Of a stretch of 60,000 bases of DNA, positions 36,710 through 51,192 are shown piece after piece. Origin of the DNA: Malacoraja senta (lineage: Eukaryota); the NCBI GenBank assembly GCA_038087875.1, contig CM075989.1:10418001-10478000 (forward strand), in the 5' to 3' direction. The notes beneath the pieces were generated by a model that worked only from the letters and a program-made list of their open reading frames with translations, was not told the origin of the DNA and searched no databases. Numbering within the stretch: position 1 is the stretch's first letter; each line of letters starts with the position of its first letter. A program made the position numbers and the translations under genes.

Positions 36710-38920
36710 CATCCCTCTAAACCTATGCATGTGCCTGTCCAAAAGGTTTTTAAATGTTCTAGTGGGGCAACGGGGAGGCATGGTGAGGACCTATGTTTTC
36801 TGGATATTTGGTGTATGGCCCATTCCTTTGCACTGTTCAGTGTTCAGTGGAGGAGTTAATGGTGACAGAGCTCAGTCTATGAGTGCCTGTGTATGCAGAT
36901 GTCTGCACATTGTGATAAATGGTTGGTAGATCTTGACTCGATACCTAAAGTTGGAGAATTCAATATTCATGTTGTTGTGTTGTAAGCTACTGAACTAGAA
37001 ACTGTCTTGATTGTATTAGAGATTGGGGACTGAAGAAGGGTCTCGACCAGCACCGTCACTTATCCATGTTCTCCAGAGTTGCTGCCTGACTGGCTGTGGA
37101 AAGGAGTGCACTACAGTGGTGACGGAGTGGGCTGCTGGAGGTCCTGCAACAGCTTGGTGTTCGACCAGACACGGCTTACAACGGTGGAGCAGCAGCGGCA
37201 GAGGACACCATGGCTATGCTTGCCAGGCATATACTGCAACATTGCCAGGACAATGGGCCTTCATGGTAATTTGGGAGTTGCAATTCTGGTGGTATCGTAT
37301 AGGCAGTGAAAAAGGCTGATAAGAAATGAGGAGCAATGAAACAGCCTCTCTTGACCCCAGTCTGCACTGAGACCTGACATCAGCATATTCTTTATGATCA
37401 TGACTTGCACTTCATCCCATAGCAGATCAGGATGGAAACAAATTTCCAAGGGCAGCTCCATTAGTGAAGTTTTCTTCATGAACCGATGATGTCAATAACA
37501 TGATGTGAAAAGACCATTTACAGTGTTGCATTACCGCAACTGAGTTAGATAACTTGTCATCATATCTCGTGGGATAAGTACCTTCGAAGATAAAAGGGTA
37601 AATCTACTAAAATTTTCACTCTTTGCTATCCTGCTAGTAGATGTTCAGGTGGAGGAAGGAAATGAGACGCAGTTTAGAAACTGCGGTCTGACAGGTGATA
37701 TTAGATATGCTGTCCATTAATTGCAGATTTCCCTATTTTCAATTGAAGTAAAAAACTGTTCAAAGTATAACCTCCTTGTGTGCAAGTGTCAGATGAACCT
37801 GGAATTAGATTTGGCAGTGATATCTTGTAAAACATTTATTTCCACAATACCTTTGCTCTCAGGACATCCCAGAGCTGTTAACAGCATGTCATGTTATATT
37901 TCCCCAAGTGTAGTCTCATTGGTAATGGAGAAACAAGGCTACCAATTTCTGCACAACAGGCTTCCACAAACAGCAGTATTACAGTATAATGTTCAAAAAG
38001 CAAAGTGCTGGATGAACTCAGCAGGCCGGGCAGCATTTATGGAGGGAAATGAGCAGACAGTGTTTTGGGTTGGGGCTTCAGCCTGATGGAATAGAGAGGA
38101 GAACATTTGAGGTGGAGGGGTGGGGCTAGAACATATCTGTCCATATCCCTTCACATGTACAGCCTGGCCTCTGAGGTCTCCCAACACTGTTTTTGGCTCA
38201 AAATTCCAGTATCTGCAGTCACTTGTGTTCCTAATATTATTATGATGTACTATTTTATTTGTCACTGCTGTTTTCAGATTAATGTTGGCAAGTGTACTTC
38301 AAAGAACTCCTGTGAAATTCCTATAGATATGACTGCCTTTCAGATTAGATGTTTGACATCTCAGATGGATGTAAAGATTACAAAGAAACATTTTAAAGAG
38401 CAAGGACATTATCCATAGTGATGTGGTCAATACTTGCAGGCAACATCACTGAAAAACAAATTAGCTGTTGTCAAATTCTGATGAAGGGACTTTGTAATGA
38501 ATTTTTTCCATTGGAGCTAGCATTTTGTGATCCTATTTCAAATTTCCAGCATCTGCATTTATATGAGGCTTGCTTTGTTAAACAACCATCCATGAGGTCT
38601 TGTTGGTTGGTTGTCATATTTCTTATTTAACAAGATTAACTGCGCTTCAAATATATTATTGCTTGTGAAAGACACGGTAGACATGCAAAACTTTGTTACA
38701 ATTAACTGCAACTTTCATGAGAGTTGTCATGACACTTGGATTCTCAAGTCTGCATTAAGTGGTCACACCTTTTTCTTGGACAAATGTCCTTTAGGATAAT
38801 GAATATCATTAGGATCTCGCAACATAAATTTGCTAATGGAAAACAAATGAGCTTCTCCATTGTATAAACCTTAACACCAATAACCCATAAAATTCCATCA
38901 CATCATACTATCCTTTTTAC

Positions 38921-39018
38921 CTGCAATGATTTTGGATAAGCAGTTGAATAAATCCCTGCTTCATTTACTTTGATGGCTTGCTTCAACATTTCTGCATTTT
39001 CTGATGAATGGTACCTTG
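38921..39018 (-). CDS. Candidate coding exon (xRYHSSENAEMLKQAIKVNEAGIYSTAYPKSLQ)
   Basis: ttatgctcctttag|CAAGG...TTGCAG|gtaaaa; 98 nt, one open frame; protein not recognised. Confidence 0.25.
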
Positions 39019-40509
39019 CTAAAGGAGCATAAACCACGTTAAATACACTTCCCTGTGGGGGTCTCTACTCAGCAGTTATAAATGGTGTGGTGACCACCTT
39101 GAAATTTCTTGCAGTGTCATGAAATTTCTTTCAGCATTGTTCCAGCCTGCCAGCCTCCACTTTTGGTAAGCTTGCAGGATTCTTGCTTTCCTGAATCAAA
39201 TGACCTAACTCCTGAATTAATCAGAAACTGGCTCTCACGGCAGCTATAAAGTGTATAGTCGCTAGTTGGTCTCCCTGAGGACTGTGCCTTTAAGACATCA
39301 TGAATCCTTCTCAGACTGCTGTGCAGTACATTTTTTGGAGATGTGCAAAATTGGATGAAATCCCACTTTGGTGTTTGTTTCTGAGCATAAACCACCCAAA
39401 CACTGTTTCAAATTGGATTTAGGCCAATTTTGTGATTTTTTGTGTGTTCTTTTACAGGGGACCCAATTGGGAGTAGGTATTAAATGTAACCATGTTTAAA
39501 GAACCAAAAACTGGATGCTCTCCCAGATTTTAGGCATATGTGCTTCAGCATTTATAGACATTATTTTAGTGGCCTGTATTGATTGCATGTCCTTTCTTTG
39601 AGATGCTTTTTTTGGAGAAGGATGGGGGATTCCAGTCATGCTGTGCCTTGAAATCAATGGTGCTCAATATCAAAGCAGTGTCTATTTAACAGTAAATCTG
39701 CCCACCTGTTTTGTAACACTGCCCAAGTCAAATGTCATCCCATATCTCAGGGAGGATTGCCAGTATTGGCTAGTAATTTACCAGGAACATCCATCACATG
39801 ACCTACCACCTTAAATCATCCCGCTCTTAATGCTATGGGTCAATCATCTTCTCAAAGCCAATAGGAATGCAGGCTGACTTTATTAGCCAATTGGATTCCC
39901 CTTGATTGTTAATGAGTTGCCCATCGCCAGCAACCTTAGAACCAAAAATAAGTTTTCAAAGTAAATGAAAACAACACAGTTTTTGTTTAATAATCCTGGT
40001 TTTTTTGGCCTGTTTTTTTCTTCTGGCAATGTTCAAGTGTTTAATCTTCAATTCTTGGAAACTCCAGGATAATCTTGGAGTATTGGCAACTTAATTCAGA
40101 GGTGTGCCAATTTTTCCATCAGTCTCTACTTTACAGAAAATGACTTGCAGTTCACTGACGCATGCCAAAGAAAAAATGGAATTTGGAGACCCCATTATGC
40201 CATGGTCAAATCCCAATTTCTTCAAATTCATAATTTCATTTTTTTCCAACTCCTAATTGCTTTTGATCTGGGTACTTGATAGGATGTTTCATAGGGCATT
40301 TAAGAGCCAACCGCATCATTATCTCTTTGCCAATTCCAAGCTATGTGCCATTAAGCAAGGACTGAATTAGCACAAACCACAGACTCACTAAAACTATTGC
40401 ATGATGAACTTAATGGCCTGGCATTGCTGCTGATCCTAATGCATCCACTGGTATGTACAGTTTGATTACTGATGAACAAATACAATTTGTTAAATCAGTA
40501 GTCCAGTTG

Positions 40510-41085
40510 ATGCACAAGAGCAACTTCGAGTAGTGCCACTTGTAGATAGGGTGGTGAGGAAGACTTTTGGCATGCTGGCCTTCCTCAGTCGGGAAACCCA
40601 GTATTAAAATTGGGAAGTTATATTTACAAGATGTTGATGAGACCATACTTAGGATATTTGGATAAAGTTTTTGTCACCCTGCTACAGGAAAGATTCCATT
40701 ACGCTGAAAAAAAGTGCAGAAAAATTAATGAGGATGTTTCCGGGATTTGAGAGTGAGCTATAGGGAGAGGCAGGCTAAGATTTTATTCCTTGGAGCTGAA
40801 GGCTGAGCGGTGATCTTATGGAGATGTGTGAAAACATGAGGGGAATAGATGAGGTAAATGCACAGAGTATTTTTTACAAGGATGAGGGAATCAATAAGTA
40901 GAGGGTATAGGTTTGAGGTGAGAGGGGAAAGTTTTAATAGGAAACCGGAGTGACAGTTTTTTAACGCAGACAGTTTTGGATTATGGATCAAGCTGCCAGT
41001 TGAAGCAGGTACAACAACGACATTGAAAGGACCATTTGTGAAGGTACATGGGCAGGAATGATTTATAATTGTGCTGAATGGCCGG
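40510..41085 (+). mobile_element. Decayed CR1 3' end
   Basis: gtagatagggtggtgaggaag.cttttggcatgctggccttc...tgagctatagggagagg...aaagttttaataggaa. Confidence 0.8.
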
Positions 41086-42658
41086 TTTCTATTACTATGA
41101 GTGCGATGGGGACCATTGCCCAAGCCGTAATGAGATGGGCAGAGCATTGCATACATTGAATAAAAGTGAAAAAAAATTGCAAAGCAAGTTCAAGTGTCTG
41201 GAGTGTCTGGTGTCTATTATGCAGAAAGCTGCTGAGGTAAACTCTGGGGAGATGTGGTGCCAAGTTGGACTGGGGAGTTGCCACTCCAGCCGTTCCAATT
41301 ACAACCACACCCAGGCTGGGACTGCCAGGGACACAGCTCTTCAGCAGACACTGCTACTGAACAGATGTTTGGGCTATGTTCATTGTAGAGTTTGCCTTAA
41401 AGGATCCATTACAATAGACTCAAAGAAGATGCTTCCACTTTGGATGGTGTGTGGGGAGTGGTGGAATATTCCAATGAGGATGGTGCAGGAGGTGAATACA
41501 AATAAACAAACATAAATTTTAATAATATAAATTTTAATAATTTTACAATAATATTTGATTTGCGCTCTAGATATGTTCTGAGAAAATTGAGTGCTAAACG
41601 TGATAGTTTTACATGGGTCATTGTAACATAGCATAAATGGAGATGTGACCCTGGGAAGTTATTTTTAACTTCCTTATTGTTTACTGCTGCTAACTCTATA
41701 CGTGTTTCCACAATGTTTACTTCTGATGTTTACCCGTTTATTCCATCTCCATTCATGGCTCCAGAATAAAATGTGTTGTGAAACAACGGACACCCGATTC
41801 CCCGACCGGAGCTTTGATTTCCCTCCCCCGCAGAGTTATTGCGTTAGATTTAGAATCCAATGTCACATGAATGTGATTCCAGCATGACTCAAGTCTTTTT
41901 ACAAATCAGGGTTGCTTTTGGCGAGGTCTACCCGCTTCTTACAGGCAGACGGATTCTGGGAGCAAGTTGGATTGAACTTTTTCTCTGCTTTGTTGTAGTG
42001 TGCGTGAGAGATAGAGAGGGGCACAGGAGGGAGTCAACTGGATTCAAGGATGAGTTCCAGAGAAAAGTTGAAGTCTTTCTTGGGCTCTTTACACTCCTTG
42101 TTAGACAAATGCAGAAGAAGTCCTCTAGATCAACTGTCACCTATATTAAGGTGTTGACATATGAAGAAAGGTTGAGCATATTAGGCCCATATTCAAGTTT
42201 AGAAGAATGAGAGATGATCATATTGAAACATACAAGATTTTAAAGAGAATTGACAGGGTGAATGTTGAGAAGTTGTTTTCTCTGGTATTCCATTTCTGAG
42301 TCTTGTATGTGTTACCAATCTTGTGACTCTGACTCTGACTTTGTCAATATTGCCTTTCTTTAGTTTTCTCGGCACATTTGCTATCTTTGCCGTCCCTATA
42401 CTCCCATCAAAGATCGAAAACAGGCTTTAATAAACTCATTTGGGTACAAAGGTAATGATACATTAATTGCTTTGTTATGCTGAAATCAGTGGTAGAGTCT
42501 GGCATAGTGTGGTATTTAGCAAGAAGATGACCATTTAAATCTAGAGAAACTGAAATTGAATGCATTCTTTGAAGCTCCTCTTAACACCCATATACAGTAT
42601 CTCCATGGTTTTATTGAATGTGAGATATTAACCGAGGAGTCAGTCAATGTGTGATGTT

Positions 42659-42780
42659 CAAGAAGGAACTGCAGATGCTGGAAAATCAAAGGTAGACAAA
42701 AGTGCTGGAGAAACCCAGCGGGTGCGGCAGCATTTATGGAGCGAAGGAAATGGGCAATGTTTCGGGCCGAAACCCTTCTT
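42659..42780 (-). mobile_element. Short Penelope-derived insertion carrying a hammerhead motif
   Basis: Minus strand (T)TGAAGA-A-GGGT TTCG GCCC-GAAAC-ATT; flanked by CAATGT(G/T)TGATGTT at 42645-42658 and 42781-42794. Confidence 0.75.
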
Positions 42781-43189
42781 CAATGTTTGATGTTGTACAT
42801 TGTTAAATAAACTAAACTGAACTGCTTGAATCTCTCAAACAATTGCAATGTGAATTGTATTCCATTGCTGAACTCTATTTCTTGTATTCCAAGCATTGCA
42901 AAGATGCACAATAATTCTTCAAATAGTGTCATACAAATACTCATATGTCTGGCTTCGATCCAATTTAAATATGCATTGAAAAGGATGAGGAAATTGTCAT
43001 TTTCTGTTTGACAAAAGTTTACATGGCTTCATTGGAATGTTGAATTGACCACTTTCATGGTGATATTGTGTTTTGGGTGATTTGGTCTGCAATGCTGGCA
43101 AATTCTGCACATGGAGCCATTTCTTCCAAATTCTTAGCAATATTTGGCCTTTACAGTGACAATTGGTTTCATGTTGATGATTAATTGAT

Positions 43190-43445
43190 TGAAAGATACA
43201 ACAAGGAAACAGGCCATTCCACACCACCCATCAATCGCCAGTTCACACTAACTCTATGTTTCCCACTTGCTCATCCACTTCCTACACACCAGGGGCAATT
43301 TACAGAGAGGCCAATTAACCTACAAATCCACAGGTCTTTGGGATGTGGAAGAAAACCACATGGTCACACAGACAGCACCCAAGGTCAAGATCAAACCTGA
43401 GGCTTTGGCATTGTGAGGCAGCAGTTCTATCAGCTGAGCCACCGT
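43190..43445 (-). mobile_element. HE1-type SINE
   Basis: Homologous to 30-255 (ggggcaatttacagag...aattaacctacaa...tttgggatgtgg...tgtgaggcagcag). Confidence 0.65.
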
Positions 43446-43669
43446 GAGGCCAGTTTAACTTGCGTGTATTTTGGTCATGATCTGTCTTTTGACGATTTTT
43501 CAATACTACAATTTGTTCATTTCAAATAACTTGTTTCCTTGATAATTCAAAACTTCCGTTGCAGAATGGTTGCAAACCTTTATTTGGACATCACGCTACT
43601 TTACTCTGAGCGCGAGTGCATAGGCTTGCTTCAGGATAAAGCAAATCATCCGATTATCGATAATGGGTT

Positions 43670-45580
43670 TCGACAAGGTGGAATTTATTAAATGTTTCCA
43701 AGAAAACTTCCTTAATCAATATGTAGAGGGGAAGCAACACTGCCTCCTGTTTGGGAACGAGGTTGGGCAAGTGACTCAGTGGGGAAGCACTTTGGGACCA
43801 GTGACCATAATTCTGCAAGTTTTAAAGTAGTTACAAAGATAGTACTGGCCTAGAAGTTAAGGCCTTATATTGGGGCAAGCCCAATTTGGGAGGTATTTGG
43901 CAGGTACTTGCAAAGATTAATTGGGAGAGTCTGTTTGCAGGCAAGTGGATGGCTGGCAATTGGGACCCTTTCAAAAGTGAGATAGCAAGAGTACAGAGGC
44001 AGCATATTCCTATTTGGATGAAGGGCAAGGCTGTCAATTTAGGGAATCCTGGTTGATGAAAGATGTTAACGCTTTGGTCAGGAAAAAAGGAGGCATATGC
44101 CAAATCCCTCCACAGGTATAAGAAGTACAGGAGTATGCTTAAGAAGGCAATAAGGAGGTCAGAAAGAGGCCATGAAATGGAGCTGGCAGACAAGGTAAAG
44201 CAAAATCCTAAGAGATTCCACAGGCATATCATGTAAAAGTGCAGCTGGGGAAAGAATGGCTCCCCTTAAAGGTCAGAGTGGTTGTCTTTGTGGAGAGATG
44301 GGGGAGATACTAAATAACAACTTTTCATACTTCAAATCATGCAAGATAAGAAATTGAGGAATAGGAGTTGTAATATCTTAGGTCAGATATGAATTGCCAA
44401 AATAGGGAATGGGGGTTTTAATGCACAATAAAATGGATACATTTCTTGGGCCTGACTAAGTGCATCTTAAGACATTGTGACAAGTTAGGGGGGTCATTGC
44501 AGTGTTTGATGATTCTGAGCCTGTACTTTCTGGAGTTTAGAAAGATGAGGGGGTGGGCGGGGAAATCTCATTGAAACCTACTGAATAATGAAGGGCTGAG
44601 ATAAAGTGGGTGTACAGAAGATGTATCCAGTAGTGGGAGAGTCTAGGACCAGAGGGCACAGCTTCAGAATAAAAGGATGTACCTAGAATTAAGATAAATA
44701 AGATTATTTTTTACCAGAGGTTGGTGAATACCCAATACCCATAATTGGGTATTTTTAAAGTGGAGATTGATAGGTTCTTGATTAATAAGGGGGTCAAAAG
44801 TTACAGGGAGAAGCCAGGAGAATGGGGTTGAGAGGGGAAAATAGATCAGCCATGAATGAATGGCAGAGCAGATTCGATGGGCCAAATGGCCTAATTTTCC
44901 TAAGTCTTATGATCGTGTTGGTATTTGGTAACTTGTTAGAGGGGTTTCTTGGGACAAGATTCACCAGCAGTTGGATAGGCAAGGTCTAATTGGGGAAAGT
45001 CAGCATGGGTTTCTGCATGGAAAATCCTATCTCATAAATTGGGTTGTTTTTTGGAGAGGTCACCAAGAAGATTGCAGAGGGCAAGGTAATAGATGTTGTG
45101 CACATGGACTTTAGTAAGGCCTTTGAATAACTCCCACATGGTAGGATAGGTAGGAAGATTAGAGCACACGGAATGGAAGGTGAGCTAGTTCATTGGATTA
45201 AAAATTGGCTTGGAGGAAACAGTAAAAAGTAGTGGAGGGTTTTGAGGCTTGTAACCAATGGAGTGCCAAAGGGATTGGTACTGGGTCCATCGTTGCTTGT
45301 TATCTGCAATAACAATTTGGATGAAAATGTAGTTAACATTGTTATTAAGTTTGCAGGTGACATCAAAATTGCTGATATTATTGATAGTGAAGAAGGATAT
45401 CTAAATTTACAACATAATCGAGTTCAGTTGGGCAGGTGGACAAAGGAATGGCAAATTGAGTTTAACACTGACAAGTGTGAGGTGTTGCACTTTGGTTTGC
45501 CAATCCAAGGCAGGACTGACACAGTAAATGGTAGAGTCCTGGAGAGTGCTGCAGGACAGAGATCTGGGAGTACAGGTGTC
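43670..45580 (+). mobile_element. Decayed CR1 ORF2, with a nested CR1 3' piece at ~44505-44905
   Basis: GKHFGTSDHN, QHGFLHGKS.L.N, VDVVHMDFSKAF-like, GVPKGLVLGP, KFAGDIKI, FNTDKCEVLHFG. Confidence 0.85.
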
Positions 45581-47062
45581 AGTTAAACAAGACATGTTAA
45601 TATTCCTCCCAATGCGCCTTTGCTTGATGACTTGCACTGCGTTTCAGTTAAACAAGACCTCATTTTAATATTCTTAGCCTGTCTTAAAATCCTTCTTATC
45701 ACCCCTCCCTCTACTTGTAATTTTTATCAGCCTTGCAACACCCTGAGACATTTGTGCTTCTCCAATTCTGGCCTCTGATCATCCGTAAGTTTAAACGCTC
45801 CACAATTAACGGGCGTGCCACGAGCTGTCAGGGCTCTGAGCTCTGGCATTTCTTCCCTTAGACTCTCTGCCTTCCAACCTCTTTTAAAATACTCCTTAAA
45901 ATCTGCCTTCATGACCCATCTCTGGCTTGTTTGTTCTAATATTTTGCTCTGTGACTTGCCATAAATATATTTGATAGCGTCCATTAGGAATTTATGCTCT
46001 GTTATGCTGTATGAATGCAAATTCTGGTATTTGAAAACAAAGGCAAGAAACTATTTTAGTGGCATTCCTCAAAGAACTGAAAGATTATGTTGCATGAAAA
46101 TGTGATATGTACAAAAACGAAATGTGCAGAACCATGATGGAGCTGATAATCAACACATGGACCCCTTAGCTAGTCTCAGCTACTCTCCATCTACCAAAGA
46201 TTCCAATCTGTGAACGGGCTCAATAGCTATATGGTCCATCCAACAATCCCTTGTCATATTTCCGACCTGATTTCTCTCACTCTTATGACCTTGTTTCAAC
46301 CTAAACATACTTTATTTTTTTGAGCAGAATAAGCATTTTCATAAAGAAAATTACCTGCAGGAGTTGAGAAATATATTGTTTTAAAAGGGCATCACAAAAT
46401 ATTGGTGGATTTTGTATGGACTTGTCAATAGTTGCAATTTTAATATGTTCTTATAACCTCCCCCACATAAGTCTGTCTGTGAATGCAATGCTGCAGTGTT
46501 GTTAATATATTAACCATCTTTCCATTCCTAAATTAGCCTAGGTTGCCATTCTAACCTGTCTGACTGGAGTTATTCAAATGCCTTCCTAGTGCCTGAAACT
46601 GCAGAAAATATAGAAATTGCATTTGCAACAGGTGTAGATAATTATTATTTCCAACAACTTGAATCTAACCACCTACTCTTGATATTCAATGAATTTCCCA
46701 CCATGAAAACTTTGAGGCCCCCAATATTAAGCAGAAATTTAAAAGAACCAGTTGCATGAATAATACTGTGGCCACAAGAGTAGGTCAGAGACTGAGTATT
46801 CTGCAACAATTGACTCACCTTGTGACACTTTGAAACTTTCCACTAAGCACATGTCAGGAGCCATCACTTCCAGAAATATTTTTAAAAAATGCAGAAGTAG
46901 GCCATTCAGCCCTTCCAGCCAGCACTGCCATTCAATATGATCATGGCTGATCGTCCAAAATCAGTACCCCGTTGCGGCTTTTTCCCCATATCCCTTGATT
47001 AAGAGCTAAATCTAACTCTCTGGAGCCCTGGTTGAAATTTACGAGTCGTCCTTAAATACAGG

Positions 47063-48016
47063 CATTGGTGAAAATCCCAGGGGGGATGTGGGGGACACGT
47101 CCCTCCCATGTTTTGAGAGGTGGGGGGCAATCCCCCCCCCCATGTTTTGTAATCCAGATTTTGAAATTTGGTGAATAAAATCTATTAAAATCTCCGCTTT
47201 CCGCGAGACAGTGGGGGTGTCATTGTTAAGCGCTTGTTAAATGTCTCTATTAACATTGTATTAACACGATGTGTCACCAATTGTGTGTTTGACCTTCAAG
47301 TATTACTGAAGGTATTCATGGAGAATTTCCTAAAGCTGTCTGATGCGGGTACAATTACCATTTGAACTAATTGGATGTATTGGTGGATGGGAAAGATTTA
47401 AACGGGTATCGGATAAATGGGTCAGGTCATTAAGGGCTCCGGTCGAATGGGTTTCCTGGCTGGCTTGCAGGTAAGTCCCTCATTCACAGTCACTCACGTT
47501 ATTTAGTATTTTTTCCCATCTCTCTCTCTCTCTACCACCTCCAAGGTTAGTTTTTTCTGTTTGCCTTTATCTGCTTTAGTTTTATTTGTTTAAGTGTTAT
47601 TTATCACATTGTAACTTTTGAAAGATTCAAGCAGGTATCAGACGCTTTCTAAGGGCCGAATCGACCCGTTTGCGGGGGCCTTTCATAGCCCAGTGCAGCT
47701 TAAAATCAAATTGCTGCATCGAGGCGATCGAGGCTCCCGATGTTGAAGCTGCCGCCGGCCGATTTTATGCCGCGCCGGGCGATGAAAGGCCCCGCGAACG
47801 AGCCGATTCAAGTCCCACGATTCGGGACGGACGAAGCTGCTGTTGCTGGAGTTTGGAGTCGGTCACCAACCAGTTTAGCTCCCGATGTTACTGTCCACAG
47901 GGCCCACGGCCAAAGCCTCGCGTGTGTGTGTATGCGCGTGCACACGGCCACCAAGAAACTGTGCCCCCCCCACAAATTGTGTCCCACCCATATTTCGATA
48001 GTGATTTCCACCCCTG
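47063..48016. mobile_element. Non-autonomous hAT-like DNA transposon
   Basis: Termini CATTGGTGAAAATCCC / GTGATTTCCACCCCTG (imperfect inverted); 8-bp flanks AATACAGG / GGGACAGG; cleanly splits the CR1 ORF2. Confidence 0.65.
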
Positions 48017-49239
48017 GGGACAGGAGAGGTGCCGGAAGACTGTGGGGTGGCAAATGTACCTCTATTCAAGAAGGGCTGCAGGGAAAATGCTGGGAACTAT
48101 AGGCTGGTGAGCCTAACATCTGTGGTTGGTAAGTTACTGGAGAGTGTTCTGAGGGATAGGATATACAGGCATTTGGATGGGCAAAGGCTGATTAGGGATA
48201 GTCCGCATGGATTTGTACGTGGGAGGTCGTGTCTCACAAATCTGATCGATTTTTTTGAAAATGTGTCCAAAAAGGTTGATGAGGGCAGAGCTGTAGATGT
48301 TGTGCACATGGACTTCAGTAAGGCGTTTGACAAGGTTCAGCCTGGTGGGCTGCTCTGGAAGGTTAGATCGCATGGGATCCAAGGAGGGATAGCTGAATGG
48401 TTAGCAAATTGGCTCCATGGAAGGAAGCTGAGGGTAATGGTAGAAGGTTGCTTCTCGGACTGGATGCCTGTGACTAGTGGTGTGCCGCATGGTTTGGGCC
48501 CATACTGTTTGTCATCTACATCAAGATTTGGATGAGAATATACAGGGCAAGTTTGCTGATGATACAAACGTTAGTGGTTTTTCAGATAGTGAAGATGGTT
48601 GTGAACGATTGCAACAGGATCTGGATCGATTGGCCAGGTGGGCGGAGGAATGGTTGATGGAATTTAATACAGAGAAATGCGAGGTGTTGCATTTCGGGAT
48701 GTCGAACAAGGGCAGGATCGAGACAGTAAATAGTAGGCCTCAGGGTGGTGTTGTAGAGCAGAGGGATCTAGGAGTAAAGGTGCATGGTTCCTTGAAGGTC
48801 GAGTTGCAGGTAGATAAGTTGGCCAAAAAGGCTTTTGGCACTTTGGCCTTCATCAGTCAGAGTATTGAGTATAGAAGTTGGGAGGTCATGTTGCAGTTGT
48901 ATAAGACGTTGGTGAGACGGCATTTAGAATATTGTGTTCAGTTCTGGGCACCATGTTGTAGGAAAGATATTGTCAAGCTTAAAAGGGTTCAGAAATGATT
49001 TACGAGGATGTTGCCAGGACTATAGGGTGTGAGCTATAGGGAGTGGTTGAGTAGGCTGGGTCTCTATTCCATGGAACGCAGGAGGATGAGGGGAGATCTT
49101 ATAGAGGTATACAAAATCATGAGAGGACTAGATCGGGTAGATGCAAGAGTCTTTTGCCCAGAGTAAGGGAATCGAGGACCAGAGGACATAGGTTCAAAGT
49201 GAAGGGGAAAAGATTTAATAGGAATCTGAGGTGTAACTT

Positions 49240-50103
49240 GTATACGTTGGTTGGCGGCGCGACTCACGTTGCAGCAGCCTCTGCAGTCCGTCTGTCTTTT
49301 TTATTTTTTTTGTTTCGTTTGAGTTTTGTATAGTGTTTTTTTATTTTTAATTTTTAACTGGGTATGTGTGGGGGGGCGTGGGGCGGGGGTGGGGAAACTT
49401 TTAAAATCTTTTCCCTGCACGGGAGACCCGACCTTTCTCTGTCGGGTCTCCGTTGTCGTTGGGGCCTAGCACCGTGGAGCGGCCTCCAACCGGAATGACC
49501 TGGGGCTCCAGTCGCGGAGCCTGAGGACTACTCACCATCGTGGAGCTGGCCGAGTTCGGAGCGGGAGGAGCTGTGGTGGCGCGCTGCTGCTACCCGACCC
49601 CGGAGATTCGGAGGCTTCAGCCACAGGTCTGATGGATGGTAACATCGGGAGCTCGCGGGTCCATGGTGGGAGACCGCTTTTCGGGGCTCCCGCAACGGCA
49701 GCTACTCCCGCCCGATTTGCGGGGTTGAGGATGACCTGGAGCGGGGTCTGGCATCGCCCGGCGCGGCATTGGTGGCCGTGGGACTTACTGGCGCTACCGG
49801 GGGTATACAACATCAAGACCTGGAGCGTGGCCTTGCATCGCCCGGCGCGGCTTTAATGGCCGCGGGACATATCTACAATCGCCCGCCGGGGGCTTTGACT
49901 TTGACATCGGGAGGAGAATGTGGAGTGCAGGGGAGAGATAAGACTTTGCCTTCGATCACAGTGAGGAGGAGATTCACTGTGATGGATGTTTGTGTAAATT
50001 GTGTTGTGTCTTGGTTCTTTTTACTTGTTTGTATGACTGCAGAAACAGAATTTCGTTTGAACTTAGGTTCAAATGACAACAAATAAATATCTATCTATCT
50101 ATC
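49240..50103 (+). mobile_element. GC-rich non-autonomous retroelement with (TATC)n tail
   Basis: TSD TAACTT (49234-49239 and 50104-50109); same family as 12811-13690. Confidence 0.85.
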
Positions 50104-51192
50104 TAACTTTTTCACACAAAGGGTGGTAGGTGTATTGAACAAGCTGCCAGAGGAGGTAGTTGAGGCAGGGACCATCCCATCGTTTAAGAAACAGTTCGAC
50201 AGGTACATGGATAGGACAGGTTTGGAGGGATATGGACCAAGCGCTGGCAAGTGGGGCTAGTGTAGCTGGGACATTGTTGGCCGGTGTGGGCGAGTTGGGC
50301 CGAAGGGCCTGTTTCCACACTGCATCACTCTATGACTTTCTTGAAAATGGACACCATCCAGGACAAAACGGCTTGCTTGAATGACTTTCAGTTTATTACC
50401 CTGAATATTCTCTCAGTCCAGCACCAATTTACTGTTATTCAACAAAGGTTCTTCAACAACAACACCCAAACTATGAGCTCCACCACAAAGGCTGAGGATA
50501 GTAGGCTCCCTTCATGTCATAAACCATCCTGACTTTCTGAAAATATCATTATCTCTTCATCGTTGTTGGGGCCTAAATCCTGGAAGACCCTGCACAGCTG
50601 TGTCACCACCTCACGGACCATAATAATTCATGGCAGCTACCAGCACAGGCTCATGAAAAATAAGGATGGGCAATGAGAATTGCTGGTGACAATCATTTCC
50701 AACAAAAATAAACCAACATGTCCTTATGCCTGCTTTCTCTCCCTGCTGGATCCTACTGGAATAGAACATTGAACATAAGAAATAGGTGCAGGAGTAGGCC
50801 ATTCGGCCCTTCGAGCCTGCACAGCCATTCAATATGATCATGGCTGATCATCCAAAATCAGTACCCCGTTACTGCTTACTCCCCATATCCCTTGATTACG
50901 TTGGCCCTAAGAGCTAAATCTAACTATTTCCGTTAGCCCTAAGAGCTGAATCTAATTCATTCTGTAACCCTAAGAGCAAAATTTAACTCAGAATGCTTGT
51001 CTGTGAGTCGGGCAATTAAATAACAGTAGACTAGACCCTGCAGAGAGGGAGAAAGTGCAGCAAAATTAATTATCAAGAAATATAAACATCAGAAATCTTA
51101 AAACGACTGACAGGAAACATTGTGTAAATTAAAAATGGTATTGCGTGTTAAAGCAATGTTGTTTGCTTCACTAAGCACAGGATGGGGCTTAC

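Larger units (their letters stand above)
34760..37480 (-). mobile_element. Decayed RTE-clade LINE, fragmented by CR1, Helitron and Penelope-derived inserts
   Basis: Minus-strand remnants QTGVKRGCFIAP (37330-37365), DLVKIYQPFI, W.RHII.MP...LYSEL (35120-35180). Confidence 0.65.
47022..50337 (+). mobile_element. 5'-truncated CR1 LINE with two nested insertions
   Basis: ALVEIYESSLNT|GEVPED joins across the hAT insert; GNYRLVSLTSVVGKLLE, HGFVRGRSCLTNL, MDFSKAFDKV, KFADDT, HLEYCVQFWAP; 3' end gggccgaagggcctgtttcc..actctatgact. Confidence 0.95.

Noticed and set aside
41078..41515. 145-aa Cys-rich ORF
   Set aside because: Starts inside a CR1 tail; no domain pattern or clear splice signals
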